This document shows, piece by piece, positions 19,808-30,211 of a DNA stretch of 64,000 bases. Positions within the stretch are counted from its first letter, which is position 1. The number at the start of each line of letters is the position of its first letter. The notes under the pieces were generated by a model, which saw nothing but the letters and a program-made list of their open reading frames with translations, was not told where the DNA came from and made no database searches. The stretch is from Candidatus Bathyarchaeota archaeon (GTDB lineage Archaea > Thermoproteota > Bathyarchaeia > JAPDIZ01): the NCBI GenBank assembly GCA_029259355.1, contig JAPDIZ010000003.1, positions 147,710 through 211,709 of the forward strand, written 5' to 3'. The position numbers were made by a program, and so were the translations under genes.

Positions 19808-21757
19808 TTTGCGGAAATTCTCTCTTACTACAAATATTCTATACCAAAGACACAAAGTCAGTAGTGACCAGAGTTGTCGTGCATAAAAAAGCTGAGAATT
19901 ACTGTAGTTTTTTGAGATTTTTCCTATCATACTTTGTATATTTAGCATATTGGCTAAGTTCTCATCAGCTAAATTATAGAATAGATGTAGATAATCTTTA
20001 GATAGCCACTCTCCGATGGGAACTACAAAGCGATGCTTTCTACGTTTTACCATCTCTGGAGGCAAACAATTTTTTGCAGCCATTCTCAAAAGATATTTAT
20101 CTCTTATCAAGGAGATGTCTTGATAGATTTTATACTTTAGCGGCAATTGGAAAACATACTCCACCAACATGTGGTCTAGATAGGGGACTCTAGCTTCTAA
20201 AGAGTTAGCCATAGTCATCTTATCAACCTTCATCAATAAATTATCTGGTAAGTGAAACCTCGTTTCTACGCTTATCGCGAATTTTATAGTCTCTGATAGG
20301 CAATACGGTTTTGAAGAAACTCTTTCTATTAAGGGATTACCTCCGTGGTGTCTATAAGAGGGAATTAATTCAGAAAGTTCTCTCCCCCCAAATACTGAGA
20401 TAAGTTCTGTATATGCTTCTGAATATTTTTTAGATGCAACTAGTGATAAGTAGTCGATTAAGCGATCTACCCCACTCACTCCAAGCGAGGAGGCGTAAGG
20501 GACTAACGAATCCAGTAGTGAGCTAGGCATCTTTACAAAAAGCTTTTTCGCAAGTCGTCGAGCTAGATGTCGAACTTTATTTGCTCTGAACGTAAGCCTT
20601 ACGGCGGGTTCTAGTCTCTGTGTTGCAGCCAAGATCTTATACTGTTCGTATCCGCCAAATAACTCGTCTCCTCCTTCACCAGTAAGCACTACGGTTACGT
20701 GTTTTCTTGTTTCCTTAGCCAAGATGTAGGTAGGTATTGCTGCGGGATCTGCCACAGGCTCATCGAAATACCAAACTACCTCTGGCAAAAGCTTAAGTGA
20801 GTCTTTTGTTATAACGTACTCGTGGTGATCGGTCTCTAGGTATTCTGCTACAGCTCTGGCATAGGGTAGCTCACTATATCGCTCGTCTTCAAAACCTACT
20901 GAAAAAGTTTTGACACGCTCAGACATGAGTGAAGCGGCGAGGGCGGTAACATAGCTTGAGTCGATGCCTCCTGACAAGAAAACACCTAATGGTACATCGG
21001 CAATTAGCCTCATTTTCACAGATTCTCGCATCAGCTCCTTAAACCTATGCAGAGCTTCATCAAATGCTAGTGTATGTTCATCATTGACCGTGGGAAGCCT
21101 CCAATACTTAGTTAGTGTGTGAGACAGCTTATCTCCTACTGTTACCTCCAAAATCGATCCAGGTTCAAGTTTGAATATGTGTTTAAACATGGTTGCGGGA
21201 GCAAATACACACCTAAAGCGAAGATACTCCTCCAAAACGCTAAGGTTTATTTCGCGAGGAACTTCCTCGAACTCGAGAATCGATTTTATTTCTGAGGCAA
21301 AAACCAGCGCTCCATTTATCCATGTGTAGTATAGGGGCTTTATTCCCAGCCTGTCGCGAACCAAAAACAGCTTTTTTTCGTTGGAATCCCAGAGCGCAAA
21401 CGCAAACATTCCCCGAAGCTTGTTGACGAAATTAACGCCATATTCTTCGTAAGCGTGAACGATAACTTCGGTATCTGAGTTTGTCTTAAACTTATGCCCT
21501 CGCTTTTCTAACTCATCTCGTAACATTAGAAAATTGTATACCTCTCCATTATAAACTATCCAGATAGTCTCGTCTTCGTTTGAGAGGGGTTGGTGGCCCC
21601 CCGCTAGATCTATTACGGCAAGCCTCCTGTTACCCAAACAAACATTTTTGTCCGCATAAAAGCCAACATCATCTGGCCCTCGGTGAGCGATTATATCACA
21701 CATTTTTTTGATTAGGTTTCGATCCTCGAATCCCGCAAAACCACATATGCCGCACAT
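19790..21757 (-). CDS. Asparagine synthetase B-type glutamine amidotransferase (probable glycan/uronate amidotransferase in this context)
   Basis: 655 aa. MCGICGF supplies the N-terminal Cys nucleophile and FLSGGIDSS is the PP-loop. Its start codon directly abuts the stop of the upstream methyltransferase gene (21758). Confidence 0.88.
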   Translation of the reverse strand: MCGICGFAGFEDRNLIKKMCDIIAHRGPDDVGFYADKNVCLGNRRLAVIDLAGGHQPLSNEDETIWIVYNGEVYNFLMLRDELEKRGHKFKTNSDTEVIVHAYEEYGVNFVNKLRGMFAFALWDSNEKKLFLVRDRLGIKPLYYTWINGALVFASEIKSILEFEEVPREINLSVLEEYLRFRCVFAPATMFKHIFKLEPGSILEVTVGDKLSHTLTKYWRLPTVNDEHTLAFDEALHRFKELMRESVKMRLIADVPLGVFLSGGIDSSYVTALAASLMSERVKTFSVGFEDERYSELPYARAVAEYLETDHHEYVITKDSLKLLPEVVWYFDEPVADPAAIPTYILAKETRKHVTVVLTGEGGDELFGGYEQYKILAATQRLEPAVRLTFRANKVRHLARRLAKKLFVKMPSSLLDSLVPYASSLGVSGVDRLIDYLSLVASKKYSEAYTELISVFGGRELSELIPSYRHHGGNPLIERVSSKPYCLSETIKFAISVETRFHLPDNLLMKVDKMTMANSLEARVPYLDHMLVEYVFQLPLKYKIYQDISLIRDKYLLRMAAKNCLPPEMVKRRKHRFVVPIGEWLSKDYLHLFYNLADENLANMLNIQSMIGKISKNYSNSQLFYARQLWSLLTLCLWYRIFVVRENFRKLALYF

Positions 21758-22879
21758 TTAACCACGCTTCCTAGAAAGCACCCTCCAGCTATTTTTGTTT
21801 CTCCAGCTAACTGAAACTATCTCCAAACCAGCGTTCTTGACCAAACTACACGCTTCATCTTTGGTAAAGTATTGCGCTAATGGGGCGTATAGCAGATCAA
21901 AAACTATGTGTTGCTTATGTCGTAGAGTAAAAGCAGCTATCGATCTGAGGTATTCGCTATTCGGAAGCAGTGCTTTGAAGAAGTCAATGTGAGAAAAACG
22001 TGCGATAATGTCAAGAAACGAAGCTAGGAAAAGCGATAACCAAAGCAATTCTCTAGGAGCTAACCTAGTTGTAATTTTTTTAATATATGGCTCGATGATC
22101 TTTGTCATTAGGACATTGTTTTCAAAACCATATACCCACATGTGGAATAGGCCACCATTTTTCAGAGCACGAACAATTTCCTTGATCGCTTTAGATGGAG
22201 TGGGGATATGATGAATAACCCCTATTGAATATATTAGGTCAAAGACATTCCTAGTTAAAGGAAGAGTGCATAGATCTGCTTGAATTAAGTGTACATTATC
22301 TCTTTCTCCACAAATTTCTTTGGCTACATCGATCGACTGGCTGATATCTACGCCCACAACTTCATCCGCGTAGTGAGCCACTATACACAGGTGTCTGCCC
22401 ATGCCACAACCAGCGTCCATTACTACATTGTCTCTGAAGTCGCTAAGGGTCAGGGGATAAATCCAACTCAAAAACTCTTGAAGATACTCAGGGTGGTATT
22501 CACGGAATTCCATCCACTCGATTCCGAAGTGTTTAATGAGTTTGGCAAGCACATCTTCTTCTACTTTCTCATTGGATATTGAAGGATCGCGCTTAGGAAG
22601 CAACCTAGGTATTCCATTTGTGATGGGGTATACACGACCGCATCCCATGCATTGAAGTAGCCCCTTAGTGACTTCAATTGCCATACACTCTTTGCAATCT
22701 CTTCCCTTTATGGGATTTAGTTGAGCATAGCTACAGATATCCAGATGACGACAAAGCTCTGGCAAGCCCTTCTTGGCATACGAAGAACTTGCATAGATAA
22801 CGGAAGAATTCGTTAAATCGAGATTAAACTTCGAGCCGCATACGGGACATTGAAGAATGTTTAAAAGCCTAAGCTTCAC
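21758..22879 (-). CDS. SAM methyltransferase with an N-terminal Trm112-like zinc-ribbon
   Basis: CPVCGSKF...CMGCGRVYPITNGIPRLL provides four Cys. These are followed by VMDAGCGMGRH, IYSIGVIHHIP and LKNGGLF. The GTG start overlaps the stop of the upstream GT2 gene (GTGA). Confidence 0.82.
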   Translation of the reverse strand: MKLRLLNILQCPVCGSKFNLDLTNSSVIYASSSYAKKGLPELCRHLDICSYAQLNPIKGRDCKECMAIEVTKGLLQCMGCGRVYPITNGIPRLLPKRDPSISNEKVEEDVLAKLIKHFGIEWMEFREYHPEYLQEFLSWIYPLTLSDFRDNVVMDAGCGMGRHLCIVAHYADEVVGVDISQSIDVAKEICGERDNVHLIQADLCTLPLTRNVFDLIYSIGVIHHIPTPSKAIKEIVRALKNGGLFHMWVYGFENNVLMTKIIEPYIKKITTRLAPRELLWLSLFLASFLDIIARFSHIDFFKALLPNSEYLRSIAAFTLRHKQHIVFDLLYAPLAQYFTKDEACSLVKNAGLEIVSVSWRNKNSWRVLSRKRG

Positions 22880-23652
22880 GTTTCATCCTTCCTTAACAAC
22901 CTTGACTTTGACCTATGATAAGATGCCAGAAGTTTTTCCCATTTAAACGTAAACAAGAAATATAGCTTGACAAGAGCTTTAGCAGTTTCTAAGGTAGTTT
23001 TCCATCCACTTATGTATGATTTACCGCTTACGCGAGGATAGTGCCTAACAGAGACTTCATCGATTGTAAAGCCCAAACGTCTAGCAATAGATAGAACCAT
23101 ACGGTGATAACTACGACCCAAACCAATTTCTTCAATAAATTCGGGGTCGAATAGAATTAGCGCAACATCACGTCTGTAACCAATAAATCCAGAGTTATGG
23201 TCGGATAGGTTTGTACCAAACAAGAGTCGCTGAAGCAAGTTTTGCGCCTTTGAGAGGAGTATTCTATGCGGAGGATCTGCACGATGACGTCTCCATCCAC
23301 TAACTATATCATAGCCTATATCCAATAATGGCAGAAACCTGACTATGTCTCGGGGGTCGTATTGAAGGTCTGCTTCGAATAGAAAGCAGTAATCCCCAGA
23401 CGAGGCGTAAATTCCCGAGGAAAATGCCATAGTTTTGCCAAGGTTTCTCTCATGATTAACTACCTTAATGATGTCTTCCCAATTTTTAGCGAAACTTTCA
23501 CAAATCTCTTTGGTGTTATCTGTGCTTCCATCATTTACTAAGATTATCTCGCCATTGATTGAATATCTGTTAAATACTTCAAGAATGTTAGGGACAAGTC
23601 TCTTTAAATTATCAGCTTCGTTGTAGGCAGGAACTATCACTGAAACGCGCAA
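22876..23652 (-). CDS. GT2 glycosyltransferase, polyprenyl-phosphate sugar synthase-like
   Basis: VSVIVPAYNEADNL, LVNDGSTDNT and FEADLQYDP are present. It is a paralog of 18276..19028 in inverted orientation and is the first gene of a GT2 - MTase - AsnB run on the minus strand. Confidence 0.88.
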   Translation of the reverse strand: MRVSVIVPAYNEADNLKRLVPNILEVFNRYSINGEIILVNDGSTDNTKEICESFAKNWEDIIKVVNHERNLGKTMAFSSGIYASSGDYCFLFEADLQYDPRDIVRFLPLLDIGYDIVSGWRRHRADPPHRILLSKAQNLLQRLLFGTNLSDHNSGFIGYRRDVALILFDPEFIEEIGLGRSYHRMVLSIARRLGFTIDEVSVRHYPRVSGKSYISGWKTTLETAKALVKLYFLFTFKWEKLLASYHRSKSRLLRKDET

Positions 23653-23764
23653 CGTTAGAGACCCAGCCTATAGCTAAATAACCTTAAACCAGTGGTGACA
23701 AGTACCGTTATAAGTGATTTTTGCTTCCTTTAAAAAATCAAGTAGTTTGCATTAAAGATACTAA

Positions 23765-24022
23765 TTTCAGCTGAAGGCAGAGTTTTTACCGACAAAAGGA
23801 GAGATAACAACCGAAGGACAGTGGTTTTTTGAGCTATATACTAAGCTTTTGGAAAAAGAGGCCGTGAAAGTAGCTTCAAAGGCTTTGTTCTTCGATAGTT
23901 TTAACCAGCTACAGGTCATCGATTTAGGCTGTAGGTTAGAGAAAAAGATAATAGTATTGCCTACAATTGATGGAAATTTTTCAATAAGAAGAAAGGCACT
24001 ATTCATTAAGAAGCTTATATGA
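23765..24022 (+). pseudogene. Possible relic of a SAM methyltransferase N-terminal region
   Basis: An open frame with no start codon reads ...EGQWFFELYTKLLEKEAVKVASKALFFDSFNQLQVIDLGCRLEKKIIVLP...*. VIDLGC resembles motif I, but the GxG continuation is lost. The track ORF 23767..24039 on the opposite strand is probably its shadow. Confidence 0.3.
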
Positions 24023-24323
24023 AAAGAGAAGTTTGACATAACTCATCATATCTACTGGGGATTAGCTTTGAATGTAGAATGCATACAACAATGGATTTGC
24101 TTCAGCATGGCATCAATCATCCACTGACCCACTCTTTTAAAAAATACTTTACTAATAGCCGTTTTAGAATATTATATACCTCAAAGTAGAAACAAGAATA
24201 GTTGGAGAATTTTGTTAAGAAAACCAAACCCTTAGGAAAAAGTAACTCTTTACCTGTAAATGATGAGTGCTCGCTTACTTGAGCAGATTAAAGAAACACT
24301 TCTGTAAACCTCTTTTTGAATTT

Positions 24324-25616
24324 TTAATTTTCATATAGACAAGACAACCATTCGTAACCCTTTAAATCTTTTGCACATCGACAAAGGTTCCAAATCTTAT
24401 CGAATTTCTCAAAAGCGATTCTTTGGTGAAGAGGTGTCGGAATTACAAATTCCCCCCTTTTGAATGAGTAAATAAGGGGGGAGCCGTAGAGATTTGTCGA
24501 AAAGATTGCAAGAAGTATAAGTGCTGCATATAGAAGAGTTGAGAAACCTTTCTTATTTTGAAAAATTTTAGTAATTCTCTTTAGTCCATAGGCAGTTGCT
24601 GTAAGGAAGAAAGGCGTAAATTGCACCATATATTGATCAAAGTGTGTGGGAATGAAAAATATATAAAAGAGGTAGCAGTAAATAGCCCAGATAAAAAGGA
24701 AATATCTTCTTTCGACAAATAAGTGTATCATGCCGTATAGCATCAATACAAAACATATCAGACCAACGCCTAGAGATAGGGGAAGCCATAGAAGTATGTC
24801 GCTGTGAAAAAATGGAGGAAAAACATGACTTTTAGAAATGTGTCCCCTATACCAGTAAATTCTGTTAACGATTGGATAAATGGGGTGGCCGTAACGTATC
24901 AGACAAATGAAGGCAAACGGTAGAGAAGTTACTAAGAAAGAGAATAGTAAAGCAAATTTTTCCTGAAAACTAAGCCTTCTGATGTTTATAATGATCCAGA
25001 GTAATAATGGGAGTGTTAAGTAGGGAGCGCTTTCTTTAGCCCACATAGTTAATGCAAAAGACATTCCTACTAGAGATGTAAGCACGTACTTTCGTTTTTC
25101 GTCACTAGTGTAGCTTACGAATAGGATCGATGCAAGCCCAAAAGTTAGTATTGTAAAAGCAGCTAGCATAACATCGTTTATTAGTCTATGAGCATACCAC
25201 CCTATGTGCCAGTTCCACCCAACCAACAGAGCTGCTAAATACCCAATTTCTTCGTCCCCAAGGTAATGTTTGCCCACAAGATAAGCTCCTAGCATCAATA
25301 TAATCATAGAAAATAGACCCCAGCTACAGAGCACGTAGAGAAAGCTCGGAAAACCGAATAGCTTGTATAAAACGCCAATGTAAAGAGGCAACATTATCAT
25401 TTTGTCATCAACGATGGGGTATTGAAAAGCATTCCTCGATATATTCTCCACTAGATAAACACCAGTCGATATTATCCAATATTCGTCAGGGTAGCCTCCT
25501 CTCGGAAACCCTCCATAAAACCAAGCTAGAATGAAATGATAGACAATCGTTGCAAGGAGCAAGACCTTATACAAGACGCTCTTTGCATTACCTAAACTTA
25601 ATGCGCCGTGAAACAT
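24324..25616 (-). CDS. Polytopic membrane protein, family C copy 2; GT-C-like
   Basis: 430 aa with YPDEYW, LFGFPSFLY, VGWNWHIGWYAHRLINDVM and MWAKE. It is a paralog of 6164 and 53867. Confidence 0.8.
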   Translation of the reverse strand: MFHGALSLGNAKSVLYKVLLLATIVYHFILAWFYGGFPRGGYPDEYWIISTGVYLVENISRNAFQYPIVDDKMIMLPLYIGVLYKLFGFPSFLYVLCSWGLFSMIILMLGAYLVGKHYLGDEEIGYLAALLVGWNWHIGWYAHRLINDVMLAAFTILTFGLASILFVSYTSDEKRKYVLTSLVGMSFALTMWAKESAPYLTLPLLLWIIINIRRLSFQEKFALLFSFLVTSLPFAFICLIRYGHPIYPIVNRIYWYRGHISKSHVFPPFFHSDILLWLPLSLGVGLICFVLMLYGMIHLFVERRYFLFIWAIYCYLFYIFFIPTHFDQYMVQFTPFFLTATAYGLKRITKIFQNKKGFSTLLYAALILLAIFSTNLYGSPLIYSFKRGEFVIPTPLHQRIAFEKFDKIWNLCRCAKDLKGYEWLSCLYEN

Positions 25617-25829
25617 TTTTCATATAAGTCTGTCATGTTCCTCGCTTTTAAGGCTAAGCCTCCATCATTTTATCCAACAAATAGGAGCCACCACAAAACC
25701 ATACAAAAAATTATCACATGTATGTAATTGGTATTGAGCGCTTCATATCTACTCAAAACCAATCTCTTCACAAACTCGATATATTTGATGCTACACAATA
25801 TGTCACTCAAATATAACTTGAATCTTTAT

Positions 25830-27254
25830 TTATGGCTGTTTACGCTGTTGAAAACCTTCGCCCATTTGTTTATGCGCTAAGAAGGAACTTTTTTCTGCAG
25901 GAAAAATTAGATATAAAAGCGATGTGAAAGAAGAAATTATTAGCACATAATGAAGATAAAGCATTACGTTAAAAAGTAGAGGCCTACTGATTTTATCAAT
26001 TCCCTCTAAGTAAGAGATTATTTCACAAATCCTCCACGGGTTACTCCACGACAATATTTTTGGGTATGCAAAGCCCAATAAGACAGTTCTTATGTCGTAG
26101 AAGTTGATTTTAAGGTCTTCAAAATATATAAAAATGAGGGGATGAATTTGATTAATTGATACTACACATAGAAGGAGAACTAATAAACAAATATATCGAG
26201 AAATATATGGAGAGAGATTCGAAGCCCGTAAGTACGCGAACATCTCACGAAGGCCTAGAGCTTCCATTAATAGAAGAGAAGGCATGAAAATAGGGGGATA
26301 CCAGTCACAATAATATGCTACCACAGTAGAAGTCCCGCAAAACATAACGATGAAAAAGAGTAGTGCATAAAGATAGTTTTGTTCTCTTTTCTTTAGGAAA
26401 TACATAATTGAGATGCATACTCCATAGATAAAAATGACAAAATTAGGAAAGGGCAAGAAAAAATGTATGCGCTTGATATAAGAAAGATACATCCAATAAC
26501 CCTCCCTATAAAATGTTGTACTACGAATCTGCCATCCTCCTCCCATTAAATTTAACATAGGTCCAAAGGGAGAACCTGTGTGTACTGTATTGAGGTAAAG
26601 CCACGGAAGTAGCGTAAATATAATTGCAATAACGCCTAAGCTAAATTTTTCTATTTTCTCCATACTAAGATTTTTTCTTGTAAGAACCAAAAACAATATA
26701 TAAAAAATGAAGAGGAAAGAGGCAAAATATTCTGCCTCAAAAGCTAGAGCAGAAAAAATTCCTAATAGAGGGAACCAGTACCATTTGGAATTCTCTTGCA
26801 AGCACTTCCAAAATATATACGTAGAAATCAACATAAGTGTTGAACAAATAGTCGTTATGCGAGTTTGATTACTAAAATACCAATAGATATAGGATAAGCC
26901 AAGAAGTACGCTAAAGTAAAACCCTACTTCTTCATCAAACAGATCCGAACCTAAAACATATGCAAAAATAATAGCTAGCAAATTTATTAACGGAAAAGTA
27001 TAGAGAGAAAGTTGCACTGAATATTCGACAGGACAACAAAATGCATCGCATATACGAACAATTAAAGAAATAACGGATTGAATGAAAAGTTCTCCCCTAG
27101 TATCTAGCTGCGTTAAGGTTACGTCTATGTTATAGCCAGCTAAATAATAGCCAGCCAGTATTCTTTCTGGCCCCTCTCCACCTATATGCACATAAGGCAA
27201 TAAAGCTATGTGAGCAACAACTATGAGTAGCAACAAAAACTTACGCCACCACAT
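25830..27254 (-). CDS. Polytopic membrane protein, family E copy 1; GT-C (PMT_2-like) candidate
   Basis: 474 aa with AGYYLAGYNIDV, INLLAIIFAYVLGSDLFDEEVGFYFSVLL and GIFSALAFEAEY. It is a paralog of 55252..56640 (GMYLAGYDIPYD, MLFDRRVGLVAAAL, ALAFLTRY). Confidence 0.78.
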   Translation of the reverse strand: MWWRKFLLLLIVVAHIALLPYVHIGGEGPERILAGYYLAGYNIDVTLTQLDTRGELFIQSVISLIVRICDAFCCPVEYSVQLSLYTFPLINLLAIIFAYVLGSDLFDEEVGFYFSVLLGLSYIYWYFSNQTRITTICSTLMLISTYIFWKCLQENSKWYWFPLLGIFSALAFEAEYFASFLFIFYILFLVLTRKNLSMEKIEKFSLGVIAIIFTLLPWLYLNTVHTGSPFGPMLNLMGGGWQIRSTTFYREGYWMYLSYIKRIHFFLPFPNFVIFIYGVCISIMYFLKKREQNYLYALLFFIVMFCGTSTVVAYYCDWYPPIFMPSLLLMEALGLREMFAYLRASNLSPYISRYICLLVLLLCVVSINQIHPLIFIYFEDLKINFYDIRTVLLGFAYPKILSWSNPWRICEIISYLEGIDKISRPLLFNVMLYLHYVLIISSFTSLLYLIFPAEKSSFLAHKQMGEGFQQRKQP

Positions 27255-27342
27255 AGTAGTATGATTTTAACACCTAAATAAAATATTAAGGATTCGTTGT
27301 TTTGATTAAGACTTACCTAGGCTTTAGGAGCAAAAAGCCACA

Positions 27343-28031
27343 TGATGGAGCTTACAATCTATGAAGCTAAACTATAATGGGTACTCTACCAGAGATAACC
27401 AAGTTTGCCTCACTTATTCCTTTATTAATAGCTACTTTGACAACATTAGATAGTGTATATAGAGCAACATTTTGACCAATATATGAAAGATAATTTTCAA
27501 AGGAGTAGCCTTAGGCAACCAGATTTCTTAGTTAAAACAGGTTATTCCTCTATCATAGCCTAACAAATAGATGAGATGCCTTAGAACCTCACAAAACGAT
27601 CCAAGAACTTAAGCCAGATTTAGTAATCGTGTTAAGAGACACAAACCCCACACTAGCAAGCGTGTCGACAGCCTCAAAACTGCATATCTGAATCATCCAT
27701 ATAGAAGTAGGTCTAAGATGATTCGATAAATCGTTACCTAACCTAAAGAAATAAACAGGATCTTAGTTGATCATATGTCTACCCTCTTCTTCACCTCTTC
27801 AAAATAGCCGAAGAAAATTTAAGAAAAGAGAGACTTTGTAGAATTAAGAGGCTTGTGGCTCGTTATCCCGAGCTATCCGTTATCCCATACGTGTTTTTAT
27901 TATACGTGTCCATCCCCATACGTGTTATACACCAGAAGTAAATACCAGATCAAGGATGTGAGAAGTATTCTTTTCACTCTCACAGTAAACTTAGAGAAAT
28001 TTATATTTCTTGCTCACCCAAGACTTTCGTA
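27343..28031 (+). pseudogene. Heavily decayed UDP-GlcNAc 2-epimerase (wecB-like) pseudogene
   Basis: Fragments in shifting frames, with stops between them, follow the order of the intact copy at 3844. GTLPEITKFASLIPLL matches GTRPEIIKLSSIV. QELKPDLVIVLRDTNPTLASVSTASKL matches KPDIVVVEGDTNSALGAALAA. IIHIEVGLR matches AHVEAGCRS. PKEINRILVDHMSTLFF matches PEEINRRLISQCATLNF. FIFLAHPRLS matches IVFPIHPRTR. Confidence 0.7.
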
Positions 28032-28373
28032 GCTACCTGGTAATTATAAATTTTAAGTGTAGAGTAGAAAAAGAGAAGATGTCCATATCTTTAGGTTACA
28101 TAATAGCATGAATGGTAATGACGCTAAAAAAGGAGTTGAGAACGAGCTTTAGTGTGATTATACGAGTTTAACAAGATATGTGGGTAGTTTAAGATCTTAC
28201 AGCGATCATTATCTATTAAGGGAGATAAGAAATATGCAAAAATTCTGTTATAAAGTAAGGACTAACTTTAATTTTATACTATAAAAATTACGATACTCGA
28301 CGCTCGTACAAGATGTTAAATCAAAAAATTTAAAACAACAAAGAAGCAGTTTACCTACAACTCGTGATTAGGG

Positions 28374-30155
28374 TTGTCGAATCAAATTTTTTCAAGACAC
28401 ATAGATACCAGAAGCATTAGGAGAAGTACTGCTATCCTTTCTGTAGTAATGATTGCTTTTGGCTACATCCTTCTATTTACGCCCTTCTATACATTTGGTC
28501 TCCTCATACTATTTGGCTTAATATTGTACCATTATTTCTTGCAAAAAATGACGGTATATTCTCTTTTCAGGAAATTTTTTCTAATTTATGTTCTGATTCT
28601 ACTATCTATCGCTACGATTCTCAACAACTTCTATAATGAAATCAATAATGCCATAGTATCTCTTGGTTACACTTCAGATATCACTTATCTTTTCCTCCCC
28701 AACCTATCCTCTACCGGTTTTCTCAGGCTTTTTCCAAAAGAATTACGCATCCTCATCATTTTTTTCATAAATTTGTTTTTATTTTCCGCCATTATTTTTG
28801 TATTCTATCCAAATAGGTTTATCTCCATTAGAAAGGTGAAGTGGACTATAGATGCGGTTAAAATAAGTATTAAGAGAGAATTTATGCAAATCTTAACCAC
28901 ATACCTATTAGTTTTTTCTTCTATATGCTTAGTAGCTCTTACAATTATTAAATTGACTTCGGGCTTAGTGTTGCCTTCATACATCACCTTCCTCTTAAAA
29001 GTAGTTTATTACCTGCGGAATACGACGGTTATTATACCTTATATAGTCCTTCCACTACTCGTGTTAAAACCAAACATCTTCCGAATGTTTCACCAATTTC
29101 TTGATGAAACTATATTATCTTGGAAATCTACAAAGCTAAAGCTTTATCACTTCGTAATTATTCTCATAATTTCTTGGTTCTTTTATCTTAATTTTGCAGT
29201 AACACCTGTTGATAACCCCAATCTCTGTATGTTTGATGATAGATTGTATCATCATATCTGGGTATATATGAGGGAAGGAGTTAATTTTTATGAGGCATGG
29301 AAAGTATTCTTTCCATCGAATACAGAAGCCTATATGCACTGGTCTCTTCTTTTCTATCTATGGGCAGTTTGTAAAACAGTACCTTGCGTCAAAGTAGAGT
29401 ATTTTCTTCTCAGTACAGTAGCTGTGGTTAGTTCGTTTTACTTAACAAAAAAGCTTACTGAGAATTCGTTTATAGGAGTGCTTTCGATGCTATACATTAT
29501 GTGCTTTTACTCGAGAGGGTTTTTCTGGTTTATGTTGGATCAGTGGGCTGCTGTTCCTCTATTGATAGGCTTGATGTTTTTAGCTTATGGAAAACACTCG
29601 CTATCGGCTACATTTTTTGTTTTGGCGTTTTTCTTTAAAGAAACTACTGTTATTCCACTGTTTGTAGCGACGCTGCTTTACTCCATACCTTCTGTGAAGA
29701 GGATAGCTTTAGGAGATAGATCTAGGGAAAGCCTTGAGAGAACATCGTATTTAATTGGATTTTTATTGATTCTGGTATTTATGATGATACATTCAGCAAC
29801 TTACACCGGGTCAGAGTATGCGCAAAAATTCCTCAAAATATTTGCTCCACACTATTTTGTGCACCAACTTTCTTGGTTTATGTATCCAGTAGGAATCATC
29901 AACTTCTCTCTAGCCATCACTGGTGTTTTCCTCATTAAAGACGATAATAGGAAGAAACTCTTTCTAATATTGGCAATAATCTCTACTCATTTATTATTCT
30001 TTGCATACAATAAACCATCTGAGGGCTCCGCAAGAAACTGTGTAGCAGCCATTGTAATTGAATACATACTGGCGCCCATAGGGCTGAAAATAACAGAGGA
30101 AAGAGTGGCTGAGCTAGTCCTAGGCAATTCTCAGATAAAAGTAGCAAAGAGATGA
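28374..30155 (+). CDS. Polytopic membrane protein, family A copy 2; function unknown
   Basis: 593 aa with a TTG start. Motifs: DNPNLCMFDDRLYHHIW, EGVNFYEAW, CKTVPCVKVEYF, SRGFFWFMLDQW, FFFKETT, FAPHYFVHQLSWFMYPVGIINFSLA, SEGSARN. Confidence 0.85.
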   Translation: MSNQIFSRHIDTRSIRRSTAILSVVMIAFGYILLFTPFYTFGLLILFGLILYHYFLQKMTVYSLFRKFFLIYVLILLSIATILNNFYNEINNAIVSLGYTSDITYLFLPNLSSTGFLRLFPKELRILIIFFINLFLFSAIIFVFYPNRFISIRKVKWTIDAVKISIKREFMQILTTYLLVFSSICLVALTIIKLTSGLVLPSYITFLLKVVYYLRNTTVIIPYIVLPLLVLKPNIFRMFHQFLDETILSWKSTKLKLYHFVIILIISWFFYLNFAVTPVDNPNLCMFDDRLYHHIWVYMREGVNFYEAWKVFFPSNTEAYMHWSLLFYLWAVCKTVPCVKVEYFLLSTVAVVSSFYLTKKLTENSFIGVLSMLYIMCFYSRGFFWFMLDQWAAVPLLIGLMFLAYGKHSLSATFFVLAFFFKETTVIPLFVATLLYSIPSVKRIALGDRSRESLERTSYLIGFLLILVFMMIHSATYTGSEYAQKFLKIFAPHYFVHQLSWFMYPVGIINFSLAITGVFLIKDDNRKKLFLILAIISTHLLFFAYNKPSEGSARNCVAAIVIEYILAPIGLKITEERVAELVLGNSQIKVAKR

Positions 30156-30211
30156 ATTCGGAAAAATATGTACCAAAAAGGGTTTAAATTACGCTAAACA
30201 GAGGATAAGGC

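Noticed and set aside
27860-27935. Short direct repeats (ccatacgtgtt, gttatccc, tatacgtgt) could hint at a micro-array or a binding-site cluster.
   Set aside because: There are only two or three imperfect copies with irregular spacing. They lie inside the decayed wecB pseudogene. This is not CRISPR-like.
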